From a virus: a stretch of 64,000 nucleotides of DNA. This document shows, in pieces, positions 45,860 through 55,300 of this stretch. The position numbers were made by a program, and so were the translations under genes. The stretch covers positions 12,344 through 76,343 of IMG/VR virus record IMGVR_UViG_2820089333_000004. The stretch is one strand, 5' to 3'. Below the pieces are notes generated by a model. That model worked only from the letters and a program-made list of their open reading frames with translations, had not been told where the DNA came from and did no database searches. How positions within the stretch are numbered: the stretch's first letter is position 1; each line of letters begins with the position of its first letter.

Positions 45860-46717
45860 ATGGCAGTAACCCGCAATGTTTGGATCAAGTATCACAGCCC
45901 GGCTGGCGATGGTGGCGATGGTGGTAGTGGTGGCCCTGGCGCTGGTGGCGATAGCGCTGGTGGTTCTGGTGGTAGTTCGTCCGACGACAAGGACGGCGAT
46001 GGTGATGACGGCGGCAAGCCCGACGACAAGGGTGGCAAGAAGGGGCCGACCGATGAAGAGGCTCGTTTGTTGAAGGAGAACATGAAGCGGAAGGAAGAGC
46101 TGCGCAAGACTCAGGAAGAGCTGACGACGCTCAAGGACTCCATCAAGGATCTCGACCTGGACGCCGTGCGCAAACTGCTGGCTGAACAGAAAACCGCCGA
46201 AGAAAAGGCGCTGGAGGCGAAGGGCGACTATGACCGACTGAAGCAGCGCATGGCCGAGGAGCATGGCAAGGAAGTGACGACCATGAAGGCGAAGATTGCC
46301 GAGCTTGAGGGAAGTGTCGGCAAGGCCAATGGCATCATCAACGATCTGACGGTCGGCACGCAGTTCGGCCAATCGCAATTTGTCGCTAGCGAGCTGACTC
46401 TGACGCCGACCAAGGCCCGCGTGATCTACGGCGACCACTTTGACATCGAGGACGGCAAGGTTGTCGGCTACGACAAGCCTCGCGGCGCCGCTAGCCGCAC
46501 CGCGCTGGTTGATCAGTATGGCAATGCGGTTGGCTTCGACGCGGCCCTGCGCAAGATCGTTGAGGCAGACCCGGAGAAGGATCGCATGCTGAAGAGCAAG
46601 GTTAAGCCCGGTGCCGGCAGCGACTCCAGAAAGGCGAGCGGTGATCCGGCAAAGGATGCGCCTGGCGATTCGATGAGCAAGATCGCCGCCGGCCTGAAGG
46701 GACTGAAAATCGCCTGA
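45860..46717 (+). CDS. capsid scaffolding protein
   Basis: G/D-rich N-terminus, coiled coil, position before capsid. Confidence 0.75.
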   Translation: MAVTRNVWIKYHSPAGDGGDGGSGGPGAGGDSAGGSGGSSSDDKDGDGDDGGKPDDKGGKKGPTDEEARLLKENMKRKEELRKTQEELTTLKDSIKDLDLDAVRKLLAEQKTAEEKALEAKGDYDRLKQRMAEEHGKEVTTMKAKIAELEGSVGKANGIINDLTVGTQFGQSQFVASELTLTPTKARVIYGDHFDIEDGKVVGYDKPRGAASRTALVDQYGNAVGFDAALRKIVEADPEKDRMLKSKVKPGAGSDSRKASGDPAKDAPGDSMSKIAAGLKGLKIA

Positions 46718-46850
46718 TGCTTTCGCGGTGCGTTGGTCTAGTAAGTGATTACTAGACAAAGACCGCGAATTATGTTAATGTATTGTTCGTCGGTGACTAG
46801 AGAGACGTAGGCCGAAAACCCCAACCTCTCTTTTCACCGAAAGGACAAAA

Positions 46851-47738
46851 ATGCCTCTGTTGAAAGTGGAAGCTGAAAAGCTGTCCAACAACCAACTGGT
46901 TTCGGGCGTGATCGACGAGATCATCTTCCGTGACGATATGTTTGCCATTCTCCCGTTCATGGGCGTGAATGGCAAAGCCTACGTCTACAACCGTGAAAAC
47001 ACCCTTGGCGACGCCGAGTTCCTTGATCCGAACGATCCGATCACCGAATCCGCCGCTACCTTCACCGAAGTCGTGGCAAAGCTGCGTATCCTGGTTGGCG
47101 ATGTGGATGTGGACAAGTTCCTGCAAGCCACGATGGGCGACACCAACGACCAGATGGCGATCCAGATCGCCAAGAAGGCCAAGAGCCTCGCAATGACGTT
47201 CCACAAGACCCTGGCCCAAGGCGACGCTTCCGCCAATCCGAAGGCGTTCGATGGCCTGCCGAAGATGGTTACGCCGACGCAAACCGTGGATGTTGGCGGC
47301 CAAGCGCTGACCCTCTCGATGCTGGATGAGTTGTGCGACACCGTGCCGCATGGCGCCGACGCCCTCGTAATGCGTCGCGGCACCATCCGCGCTGTCCGAG
47401 GTCTGCTCCGCGCTACCTACGGCACCGATGCCGTGATGCAGCAGGGTCTGAACTTCGATGGTCGTCCGGTGCTGACCCACAACGGCATTCCGATCATCAT
47501 GAATGAGTATCTGGACGGCAATGAAAATGGCAACACCTGCTCCGTTTACGCCGTTCGCATGAACGAGCTGGATGGTCTGCACGGCATCTACGGTGGCGAC
47601 AATGCCGGCATCGTGGTTGAGAACATCGGCACCGTTCAGAACAAGGACGCGACCCGCATCCGTCTGAAGTGGTATGCCGGTCTGGCGCTCAAGAGCACCC
47701 GTTCCATCGCTCGCCTGAAAGGTGTTACCAACATCTAA
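46851..47738 (+). CDS. major capsid protein
   Basis: FDGL, G.PI...Y, RLKWYAGLAL..IARLKGVTN; strong codon bias; terminator follows. Confidence 0.88.
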   Translation: MPLLKVEAEKLSNNQLVSGVIDEIIFRDDMFAILPFMGVNGKAYVYNRENTLGDAEFLDPNDPITESAATFTEVVAKLRILVGDVDVDKFLQATMGDTNDQMAIQIAKKAKSLAMTFHKTLAQGDASANPKAFDGLPKMVTPTQTVDVGGQALTLSMLDELCDTVPHGADALVMRRGTIRAVRGLLRATYGTDAVMQQGLNFDGRPVLTHNGIPIIMNEYLDGNENGNTCSVYAVRMNELDGLHGIYGGDNAGIVVENIGTVQNKDATRIRLKWYAGLALKSTRSIARLKGVTNI

Positions 47739-47771
47739 TCTGTCCGTGTGCTGTAATAAACATTGACAAGA

Positions 47772-47798
47772 AAAGGCAGGGCGACCCCCTGCCTTTTT
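47772..47798 (+). terminator. terminator after capsid gene
   Basis: AAAAGGCAGG..CCTGCCTTTTT. Confidence 0.75.
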
Positions 47799-47823
47799 AA
47801 TTAAAAATCCTGAAAGGAAAAGC

Positions 47824-48249
47824 ATGAAACTCCGATTGACGGCCAAGGGTTGGGAAACCTACACCGGCCAAATGGGCGTGATCTTTTTCAAGGGCGGCCT
47901 GTCTGTCGATGATGTGCTGCCCGTCGATGCCGTGCGCGTCGCTGGCGTCATTGGCGCCGAGTGGGAAAACGGCAAGCCGGCCAACGTCAGCCAGATTTAC
48001 CTCGATAACCTGCACACGCAGGCGTCGTCCGTGAAGGAAGGCCGCGAACCGCCAGCGCCAGTCGCGCCGAAAGCGGAACCCGTCGCTTCTGTTGCGACCT
48101 ACACCCGCGAGCAATTGGCCGATACCGCCGACAAAGAAGGTATCGTCGGCCTGCGCAAGATCGCTGAACCGTTCGGCATCAAGGGCAACTCAATTAACGG
48201 CATGATCGACGCGATTCTGAAAGTCTCAGCCGCTCCGAAGGCCGAGTAA
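47824..48249 (+). CDS. putative head-associated protein
   Basis: position; C-terminal small helical repeat. Confidence 0.65.
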   Translation: MKLRLTAKGWETYTGQMGVIFFKGGLSVDDVLPVDAVRVAGVIGAEWENGKPANVSQIYLDNLHTQASSVKEGREPPAPVAPKAEPVASVATYTREQLADTADKEGIVGLRKIAEPFGIKGNSINGMIDAILKVSAAPKAE

Positions 48250-49121
48250 TGAACATCTACCTCGCCGGCACGCCTGTTGCCCTGAGCGTCGTCTTGCGGG
48301 ATCGCAACGGCAACGCGCTGGAGGTTGCTGCCATCGAATACCGCGTCGTCAAACAGGACGGCACCGAGGTGGTGGCGCGCTCTCCGCTGACGGGCTTCGA
48401 TGGCGGATCAGAGGCCACGATAGAGATTCCCGCAGACATCAACGCGGTTGCGGTTCTTGATCCGGCGAGCATCACGGCGAGCATGATTGATGCCTTCTTT
48501 GTGCGTGAGAGCCGCACGGTGGAGTTGTTCTGCGTTGACGCAGGCGGCAACACGCTGCTGCTGACCGAGACTTACGTTCTGGAACCGGCGGAAACGCTGA
48601 TTGCCGGTTTGAACTCTTTCCAAAGCTTCAGTCAGGCGGAACTGGTGGCGATGGATATCCCGCAGCTTTCCGGTTGGGGTTCTGCAAACGAAAAGGACAA
48701 GATTGCCGCACTGATCGAAGCGCGGTTGCAAATCTGCCAGCTTCGCTTCGACATTCTGAACTCGAACGTCAGCTGGGGTCAGGACAACCTGAACTACATC
48801 CCGGAAGGCACCTACCCGACGCCATACGCCGGCATGTTCATGTTCAGTGGTGATCTGACACTCATCACTCCTAGCAACTTCGTCAAACTGCCGCCGCGCT
48901 TCAAGATGGCGCTGTGTCGCGCCCAGGTAGCGCAGGCTGATGCGGTTCTCGGCGGCGACCCTACCGATATTCGGCGCAAGGAAGGCTTGATTCTCGAAAC
49001 CATCGGTGAAGTGAAGCAGATGTTTCGGGGCGGCAAGCCGCTGGATCTTCCGGTGTCGAAGCGGGCGCTGAAATATCTGTCGCCATTCGTGTCGTTCTCC
49101 AAGCGCATTGGGCGAGGCTGA
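48249..49121 (+). CDS. putative head-tail adaptor
   Basis: position; KMALCRAQVAQAD..ETIGE. Confidence 0.65.
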   Translation: MNIYLAGTPVALSVVLRDRNGNALEVAAIEYRVVKQDGTEVVARSPLTGFDGGSEATIEIPADINAVAVLDPASITASMIDAFFVRESRTVELFCVDAGGNTLLLTETYVLEPAETLIAGLNSFQSFSQAELVAMDIPQLSGWGSANEKDKIAALIEARLQICQLRFDILNSNVSWGQDNLNYIPEGTYPTPYAGMFMFSGDLTLITPSNFVKLPPRFKMALCRAQVAQADAVLGGDPTDIRRKEGLILETIGEVKQMFRGGKPLDLPVSKRALKYLSPFVSFSKRIGRG

Positions 49122-49797
49122 CGTGGTTTGCGACGACTTTGCCGCGAAGCTGTCCGCCGAATACGCGCTGTTCCTGCTGGCCCTGAGCGGACGCTATCAG
49201 CAGATGCGGGCGCCCGGCGTTGAAGTTACGCCCCGCGCCATTGCTAATATGGACAAGGACGCTCGCCAGCTTGCGGGGACGTTCTATGGGACTGCCGAAT
49301 GCGGTTTTGACGACTATCTGCGCACGCTGCTTGCGGACGCTTCTGACGCACTGCAAAGCGCCCTGACGGTGCGTAAAAAAGAAGCGCTTGCGCTTGTTCG
49401 CGGGATGTTGTTTGAAAATGCGCAAACCGCGATGAAGATGACAAGGACAGGTATCGGCGGCACCGTTTCGCTGCTCGGCGGGGCGCACGGTGCGATTGGT
49501 CTGCTGGTGCAGCAACAGGCAGGCAAGATCGACTATCGCGTGACCGATACCGCTGGCCGTAAATGGAAGGCCGAAGCGTTGTTTCGCGTCGTGACGCGGG
49601 ATTTCGCCTACCAAAGTGGGATCGACAGCCAGGTCGAGCGTCTGACGTTGGCCGGTGTAAATCTCGTCGAAACACCGAAGGGGCGCGTTCTCTCGTTGCG
49701 CGGCACGGACAGCTACGAAAGCCTTGCCGACGTGCGCGAAAGCGTGTTCCACATCAACTCGCACGAATACCCGGTGCCTCATGCTGCTTCGCCCTAA
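49108..49797 (+). CDS. putative head morphogenesis protein
   Basis: position in head-tail module. Confidence 0.55.
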   Translation: MGEADVVCDDFAAKLSAEYALFLLALSGRYQQMRAPGVEVTPRAIANMDKDARQLAGTFYGTAECGFDDYLRTLLADASDALQSALTVRKKEALALVRGMLFENAQTAMKMTRTGIGGTVSLLGGAHGAIGLLVQQQAGKIDYRVTDTAGRKWKAEALFRVVTRDFAYQSGIDSQVERLTLAGVNLVETPKGRVLSLRGTDSYESLADVRESVFHINSHEYPVPHAASP

Positions 49798-50155
49798 CCA
49801 GAACTGCCGCATTCGCAAAACGACTGGTGAGACAGACGTGTATGGCGTTCCCATCGCCGGTCCGCAGGTGGTCGAGCGCTGCGCCATCATTCGACTCAAC
49901 ATCAAGAACGAAAAATCCTCGGTTCGCGCCGACACGTCGGCGTCCCGAGGCAACGCCCGCGAACTGGTGGCAGACACGATGTTTCTGCTGACCAAGAACA
50001 CGGTGGCGGCAATCGACGACCTGCTGATTTTTGGCGATCAAAAATACTGGATTGTCTCGAAATTTCCCCGTCACGACCTGCAAGGCAAGCTCGATCACTA
50101 CGAGGTGACTTGCTCCATCTGGAGAGCCTGCGATGAATCTGCTTCCTCTTGCTGA
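49781..50155 (+). CDS. putative head closure protein
   Basis: position and size. Confidence 0.6.
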   Translation: MLLRPNQNCRIRKTTGETDVYGVPIAGPQVVERCAIIRLNIKNEKSSVRADTSASRGNARELVADTMFLLTKNTVAAIDDLLIFGDQKYWIVSKFPRHDLQGKLDHYEVTCSIWRACDESASSC

Positions 50156-50510
50156 GAGACTTGAAAAAGAAGGTGTTGGCATCATGGCCGAAACCATTTT
50201 CATCAACATGATTCCAGCTGATGCGCCGGAAGGCGTGCTTTTGCGGAACAAACTGCGAGGCACGGACATTGACTATGAACTGCCCGGCTATTACCGAACG
50301 GCCTTCCAGGTCATCGTCCGTGCCACGACCTATACGGCTGGCGAGGCATTGATCCAGCGCGTGTTCGACGCTTTGGCTGTTACCGAATCGCAGATTGGCC
50401 CGATGTATTTCAAGTTCATGCGGCCAAAGACCAAACCCGTTGTGTATCCACTCTCCAAGGGCAGCCTGTTGGAGTTCTCGGCTGACTTCGCGGTGGCGTT
50501 CACCGAATGA
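50133..50510 (+). CDS. putative tail terminator protein
   Basis: FQVIVRA..Y..GE pattern, position. Confidence 0.65.
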   Translation: MNLLPLAERLEKEGVGIMAETIFINMIPADAPEGVLLRNKLRGTDIDYELPGYYRTAFQVIVRATTYTAGEALIQRVFDALAVTESQIGPMYFKFMRPKTKPVVYPLSKGSLLEFSADFAVAFTE

Positions 50511-51013
50511 CGCTTGAGATCGACGGCATCGAGCGTCTGAAGCTCCAGTTGAGCCGTTTGCAAGACGTTCCCGACATGGTGAATCAGGAGTTAGAGCGGT
50601 GCGCGAAAGAGGTTGCAAAGAAAGCTCGCAACATGGCGCCATACGAATACAAGGATCTGATAGACGCAATCCAGGTCGCGCGTCGCGGCGCCCAAGGCGC
50701 AAATGGCCGTTTCATGAAAGGCGTGTCCAATTACGAGGTCTATATCAACGAAAAGCACCCGGTCAGAGACCCATCTCACAAGGGCGTCAGAACGGTTGGC
50801 GAGTATGCTTGGATAGTGCATACGCATATGGGTTGGGGGTCAACACTGGGGACGCTTCCGGGCGGCAGACCCTTCATGCCAAATGCAGAGCGCAGCTCTG
50901 GCCCGAATGGCGAGGAGCGCGGCGGGAGGTTCTTGGAGCGAGCATTGGAAGAAATGCGCAACGAGATTAACGCGAGACTTGGCAAGAAATATATGGAAGC
51001 CGTTGAAGGCTAG
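50507..51013 (+). CDS. HK97 gp10-like neck protein
   Basis: AKKARNMAP..DL..I; GRFLERAL. Confidence 0.75.
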   Translation: MTLEIDGIERLKLQLSRLQDVPDMVNQELERCAKEVAKKARNMAPYEYKDLIDAIQVARRGAQGANGRFMKGVSNYEVYINEKHPVRDPSHKGVRTVGEYAWIVHTHMGWGSTLGTLPGGRPFMPNAERSSGPNGEERGGRFLERALEEMRNEINARLGKKYMEAVEG

Positions 51014-51110
51014 ATTTTTTGTCATTTTTATGGTAATGTATTCTAGTCAGAACTTACTAGAAAAGTAAGTCGCAAAATGCAGTTACTCCCCAACAGAGAA
51101 AGGAATTGGA

Positions 51111-51641
51111 ATGGCAAGTGACATCAAGAACGTCAAGCTTGGTGTGTGCAAGGTGAGCTTTGGCGGCAAAGACCTTGGCTACACCAAGGGCGGCGTTGAA
51201 GTCTCCGTGAAAACGGAAACTCACAAGGTCATGATCGACCAGTTTGGCAAGACCCCCATCAATGAATACGTTATGGGCCGCGAAGTTACCGTGAAGGTGC
51301 CGCTGGCTGAAACCACGCTGGAAAACATGGTTGAGATCATGCCAGGCGCGACTCTTGTTGTTGATGGCGTCGACCCTGACCGGAAGGCCGTCAATGTTCC
51401 GACCGGCGTTGGCACCAACCTGATCGACATCGCCAAACCGCTCGTTCTGCATCCGATTGGTAAGCCCGAAACCGACAAGTCCGACGACTTTACCGTGTTC
51501 AAGGCCGCAACCGCTGGCGCCCTCCAATTCAGCTACAAGCTTGAGGACGAGCGGATCTTTTCCTGCGAGTTCAATGGCTACCCGGATAGCAGCGGCGCCG
51601 AAAGCAAGCTGTTTGCCGTTGGCGACACTTCTGCGGTTTAA
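51111..51641 (+). CDS. major tail (tube) protein
   Basis: DLGYTKGGVEV..IDQFG; precedes chaperones and tape measure. Confidence 0.85.
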   Translation: MASDIKNVKLGVCKVSFGGKDLGYTKGGVEVSVKTETHKVMIDQFGKTPINEYVMGREVTVKVPLAETTLENMVEIMPGATLVVDGVDPDRKAVNVPTGVGTNLIDIAKPLVLHPIGKPETDKSDDFTVFKAATAGALQFSYKLEDERIFSCEFNGYPDSSGAESKLFAVGDTSAV

Positions 51642-51679
51642 ACCATCTAGTCAGAATTGACTAGAGAAATTCAATCATA

Positions 51680-51703
51680 AACCCCGCTGCCTCAAGCGGG
51701 GTT
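51680..51703 (+). terminator. hairpin after tail tube gene
   Basis: AACCCCGCT-gcctca-AGCGGGGTT. Confidence 0.6.
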
Positions 51704-51723
51704 GCCACATCAAGGAGCAATAA

Positions 51724-52044
51724 ATGAAGGTTTTGAATCTCGACAAGCTGAACAAGCAGGAAGGCCGTCAAATCGTCCTCTTTGGCAAGACGCACGCTAT
51801 CGACGGAATGACGGTGGATAACTTCATCAAAACGACCAGCGTGGCCGAACAGCTTGCCGATGAACCCTCCATCGCCAAGCAAGTCGAAGCTACTGTCGAC
51901 TTGATCCTGCGCAGCGCGCCGACCATCGACCGTGCCGATCTGCTGAAGCTCGAATTGGAGCAGCTTCAAGCCATCGTCGCCTTCATCAAGGGCGAGGATG
52001 TTGATGGCGTCGAGTCCAGCGAGGGCAACGGCGAAAAAAAGTAA
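51724..52044 (+). CDS. tail assembly chaperone (gpG-like)
   Basis: position; ends at slippery A AAA AAG. Confidence 0.8.
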   Translation: MKVLNLDKLNKQEGRQIVLFGKTHAIDGMTVDNFIKTTSVAEQLADEPSIAKQVEATVDLILRSAPTIDRADLLKLELEQLQAIVAFIKGEDVDGVESSEGNGEKK

Positions 52045-52373
52045 GTAATGCCGACATCGAGGAGCTTGATTTTGGGTTCCTCTTTTGTCGGGTATCTCAC
52101 TTCTACGCTATGTCCTACGAAGAAGTGATGCGGATGCCGATCAGGACGTTCTGGTTCATGAACTCCAATATCGAGCGCATTCAGGCACAGAAGGACATGC
52201 GCTCCTTGACCGTTGCGGTGTGCGGGCAGGGCGGCGAGACCGCGCAACAGTTCCACGAACGTCTCATTGTCGAGGCGGGAACGGTGGTGAGGCTGAAGTT
52301 TGACCCAATGCGTAACGCGCATCGTGACGAGGCCGGGTTTTCCGCATTGAGGGATATGGCAAAACAGCAGTAA
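52035..52373 (+). CDS. gpT-like extension by -1 programmed frameshift
   Basis: A AAA AAG at 52035-52041; -1 frame open and continuous with the 52110 ORF. Confidence 0.8.
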   Translation, partial: KKVSNADIEELDFGFLFCRVSHFYAMSYEEVMRMPIRTFWFMNSNIERIQAQKDMRSLTVAVCGQGGETAQQFHERLIVEAGTVVRLKFDPMRNAHRDEAGFSALRDMAKQQ

Positions 52374-52385
52374 CAAGGAATCAAA

Positions 52386-55300
52386 ATGGCTGGCGGCAGC
52401 GAGATCAAAAGCACTCTTACCCTGGATGTATCGAAGTTTAGCTCTGCTCTCGAAAGCGCCGTCGCCGGCACAGAGAGCCTTGAGAAGCACCTGAAGAGTG
52501 CGGCCAAGGTCGCTGCTGACTTCGACAAGGGAATGGCTGGTGTCGGCAGTGACCTGGCCGGCACCGCCAAGAACTTCCGTCTGCTCGATCAGAGCGTGGA
52601 GGGCATGGTTTCAAAGCTGTCCGGTGTTGTTCACAACTTCGAGCAGCTTTCGCGGCGCACCGGCAGCGTCGCTGGCGATGTCGAACGACTTGGCTCGGCG
52701 ATGAAGAAAACCGCCGGCATCAACGCCGACGAGTGGATCAAGACCTACGGCGACAATCTCGGCAAGCTCACCCCGGCGCTGAAACAGACCGTCGCTTCGA
52801 TCATCGACTTCGACCGGGCGAATATCGCGTCTGCCGAGACCGCCAAAAAGACCGCTGCTACCACCGTTGAAGCAAAGCTGAAGGCGCTCAACGCCGAGCG
52901 CGAGGGCAACCGCAAGATCATCGCCGAGCGCGAGCAGACGATGCGGGAGTTGGCGGCTATTGAAGAGCGGGCGCAGAAGCGGTCTGACGCAGCTTATACC
53001 GACTGGAGGAACAGAAAAAAGAAAGACGATGAGCTGCGAGGGAAGGCGACTGCTGCACAAGAGGCGGCAAATGCCGCAGCCATCGAACGCGCCGCGCTTG
53101 AGTCTGTCGTCAAGGAGATTAGGTGGAAGAATGCCGAAATCGACAAGTCGATTGCCTTGATTCGTCAGGAGGGCGGCATTGCGCAGGCCGCTGGCAACAG
53201 CAACAGAAAAGAAATTGAGCGGACGAAGAACGCAAGAATCGACGCTGATCGCAGGATGCTTGATGGGGTCAAGCGTGCTGAAACCGAGCGCATCAAGTCC
53301 GACCGCAAGGTTGCCGAAGCGCACAAAAAGGCCGTCAATGAGATGGTCGAACATGAGCGCCTGAAAGCGCAGCAGGTTGCGAACGTGTGGGCGAACGTGC
53401 GGCGCTGGAGCGGCAGCAAGCTCATGCAGGGTCTTGGCATGGCGGTTGAGAAGTCTGCTGAAATGCAGCAGATTCAGCTTCGCCCGGAAGCATTTGGACT
53501 CAAGGGGGCCGAACTTGAGGAGTTCAATAAAAAAGCGTTCGATCTGCGACGCCAGGAAAAATACCTGTCCAATCTTGACGCAATTCAGGCCCGTTTCACA
53601 GCGATGGCATCGCTCGGCCACAACGACGTTAGGATCATCGACGCCACGACTGGTAAATCCATCCAGACTGTGCAGGCGCTGAAAACGCTTGGCTACGAAC
53701 ATGGCAACGTGACGGATATTCAGCGGAACCTCTACGGTATCGCTGAAATGCGCCAGGTCATGAACGACCCGGCGGCGATCAACAAAACCTTTGACACGGC
53801 ATTTCGCATGGCGAACGTGTCGGGCGGCAAGATTACGCTGGCCGACATCGAGACTGTTCTGCGTAACCTTGGCGCTGGCGCCAACAAGATCAGCGATACA
53901 GGCTTGATGAACCTTGCCGCACTGGCCGAACAGGCAAAGGTTTCGGGTGGTCATGGCGGCAGCGGTGGTGGTGGCGCGGGCGTCTCCTCGGTCGGTAACA
54001 TGATCAAGATGGCGCAGCTTTACGCGCTTGGTAAGCCGATTCCTACCTCGCTGGTCGAAAAATACATGGAAGCCGGCCTGATGGCTGGCGACATTTCCAG
54101 TCTGGATATGGTCAAGGGCGGCAAAAAAGAGCACACCGCGATGCTCAACGCCATGAAGCGCAGCGGCCTGAAGAATGCGGACATGATTGCAGAAGATCCG
54201 GTCACTGCGCTGTGGAACATGCGTGCGCCGCTTCTGGAATTCATGCAGAACAAAAATCATCGTGCTGAGTATTTTGGCAAGAGCGACATCAACGATCCGA
54301 AGACGCAACTGACGGCGTTCATGAAGTTCTTTGCGCAGTCTGGCATGTCGCACAGGGCCGTCTCGCAGATGGTCACGGCGATGAATCCGGCCTACCACGA
54401 GCGAACCAAACACGTCACCGACTCTGCCATGAATGGCATGGGTGCGGAAGAAGCGCTCAAGAACGCTGAGGCGATGAAAAACTGGAGTCTCGCTGTTCAG
54501 GAAATGAAGAAGGGCATCGAAGATCTGATGTCCTCATTCACGCCGTTGCTTGGCGAGTTGTCTGTGTTTCCCAAGACCATTGGCGCAATGGCCGCATCTC
54601 TTGCGGGGTTCGCCAAAGACAACCCAATGATTGCGAGTTTTGCGGCAATCACGCTCGGCGCCGCTGGTTTGAATCTGACTTTCACAACCCTTCTCGGCAC
54701 GTTCGGCAAGGCGCAGAACATTTCCAGCGTCATGGCGAATGTGTGGCGGTCGATGGTTGGCGGCGCTACGCAGGCACAGGCTTCCACCGCTGCCGCCACG
54801 ACCGCGATGGCTGGTTTTGGCCGACAAGCAACCATCGGCGCCGGTGCCGCCTACAAAGCTGCGCTCGCCAAAGAGGCTACAGCAAAAGCTGCGAAGTTTG
54901 CTGCCGCAGAAGAACTGAAACACACCCGCGCTGTTGTTGCTGCAAGTTCTGGTGTGGCGCGCTTGCGAGCAACTGAGGAAATGCTGGTTCCGGCAAAGCA
55001 GAAGGTTATCGCCGCAACGAACGCGCATACCGCAGCGAAACTTGCCGTTACTGCCGCCTCGGACAAAGCGAGTATTGCTGCGCGGGCGCAAGCTGGTGCC
55101 ATGACGGTGCTGCGCGGAGCGATGGCGTTGGTAGGTGGCCCAATTGGAGCGATTACTGTTGGTCTTATGTTGGGTGTTGCCGCGTGGAACAAGTGGGGCG
55201 GGGCGGCAGAAACAGCGTGGGACAAAGCGGTGAACGCTGGTGAAAAACGCATCAAAACCCTAGAAGATAGGATTGATGAGTTTCACAAAAAATCCAGAAA

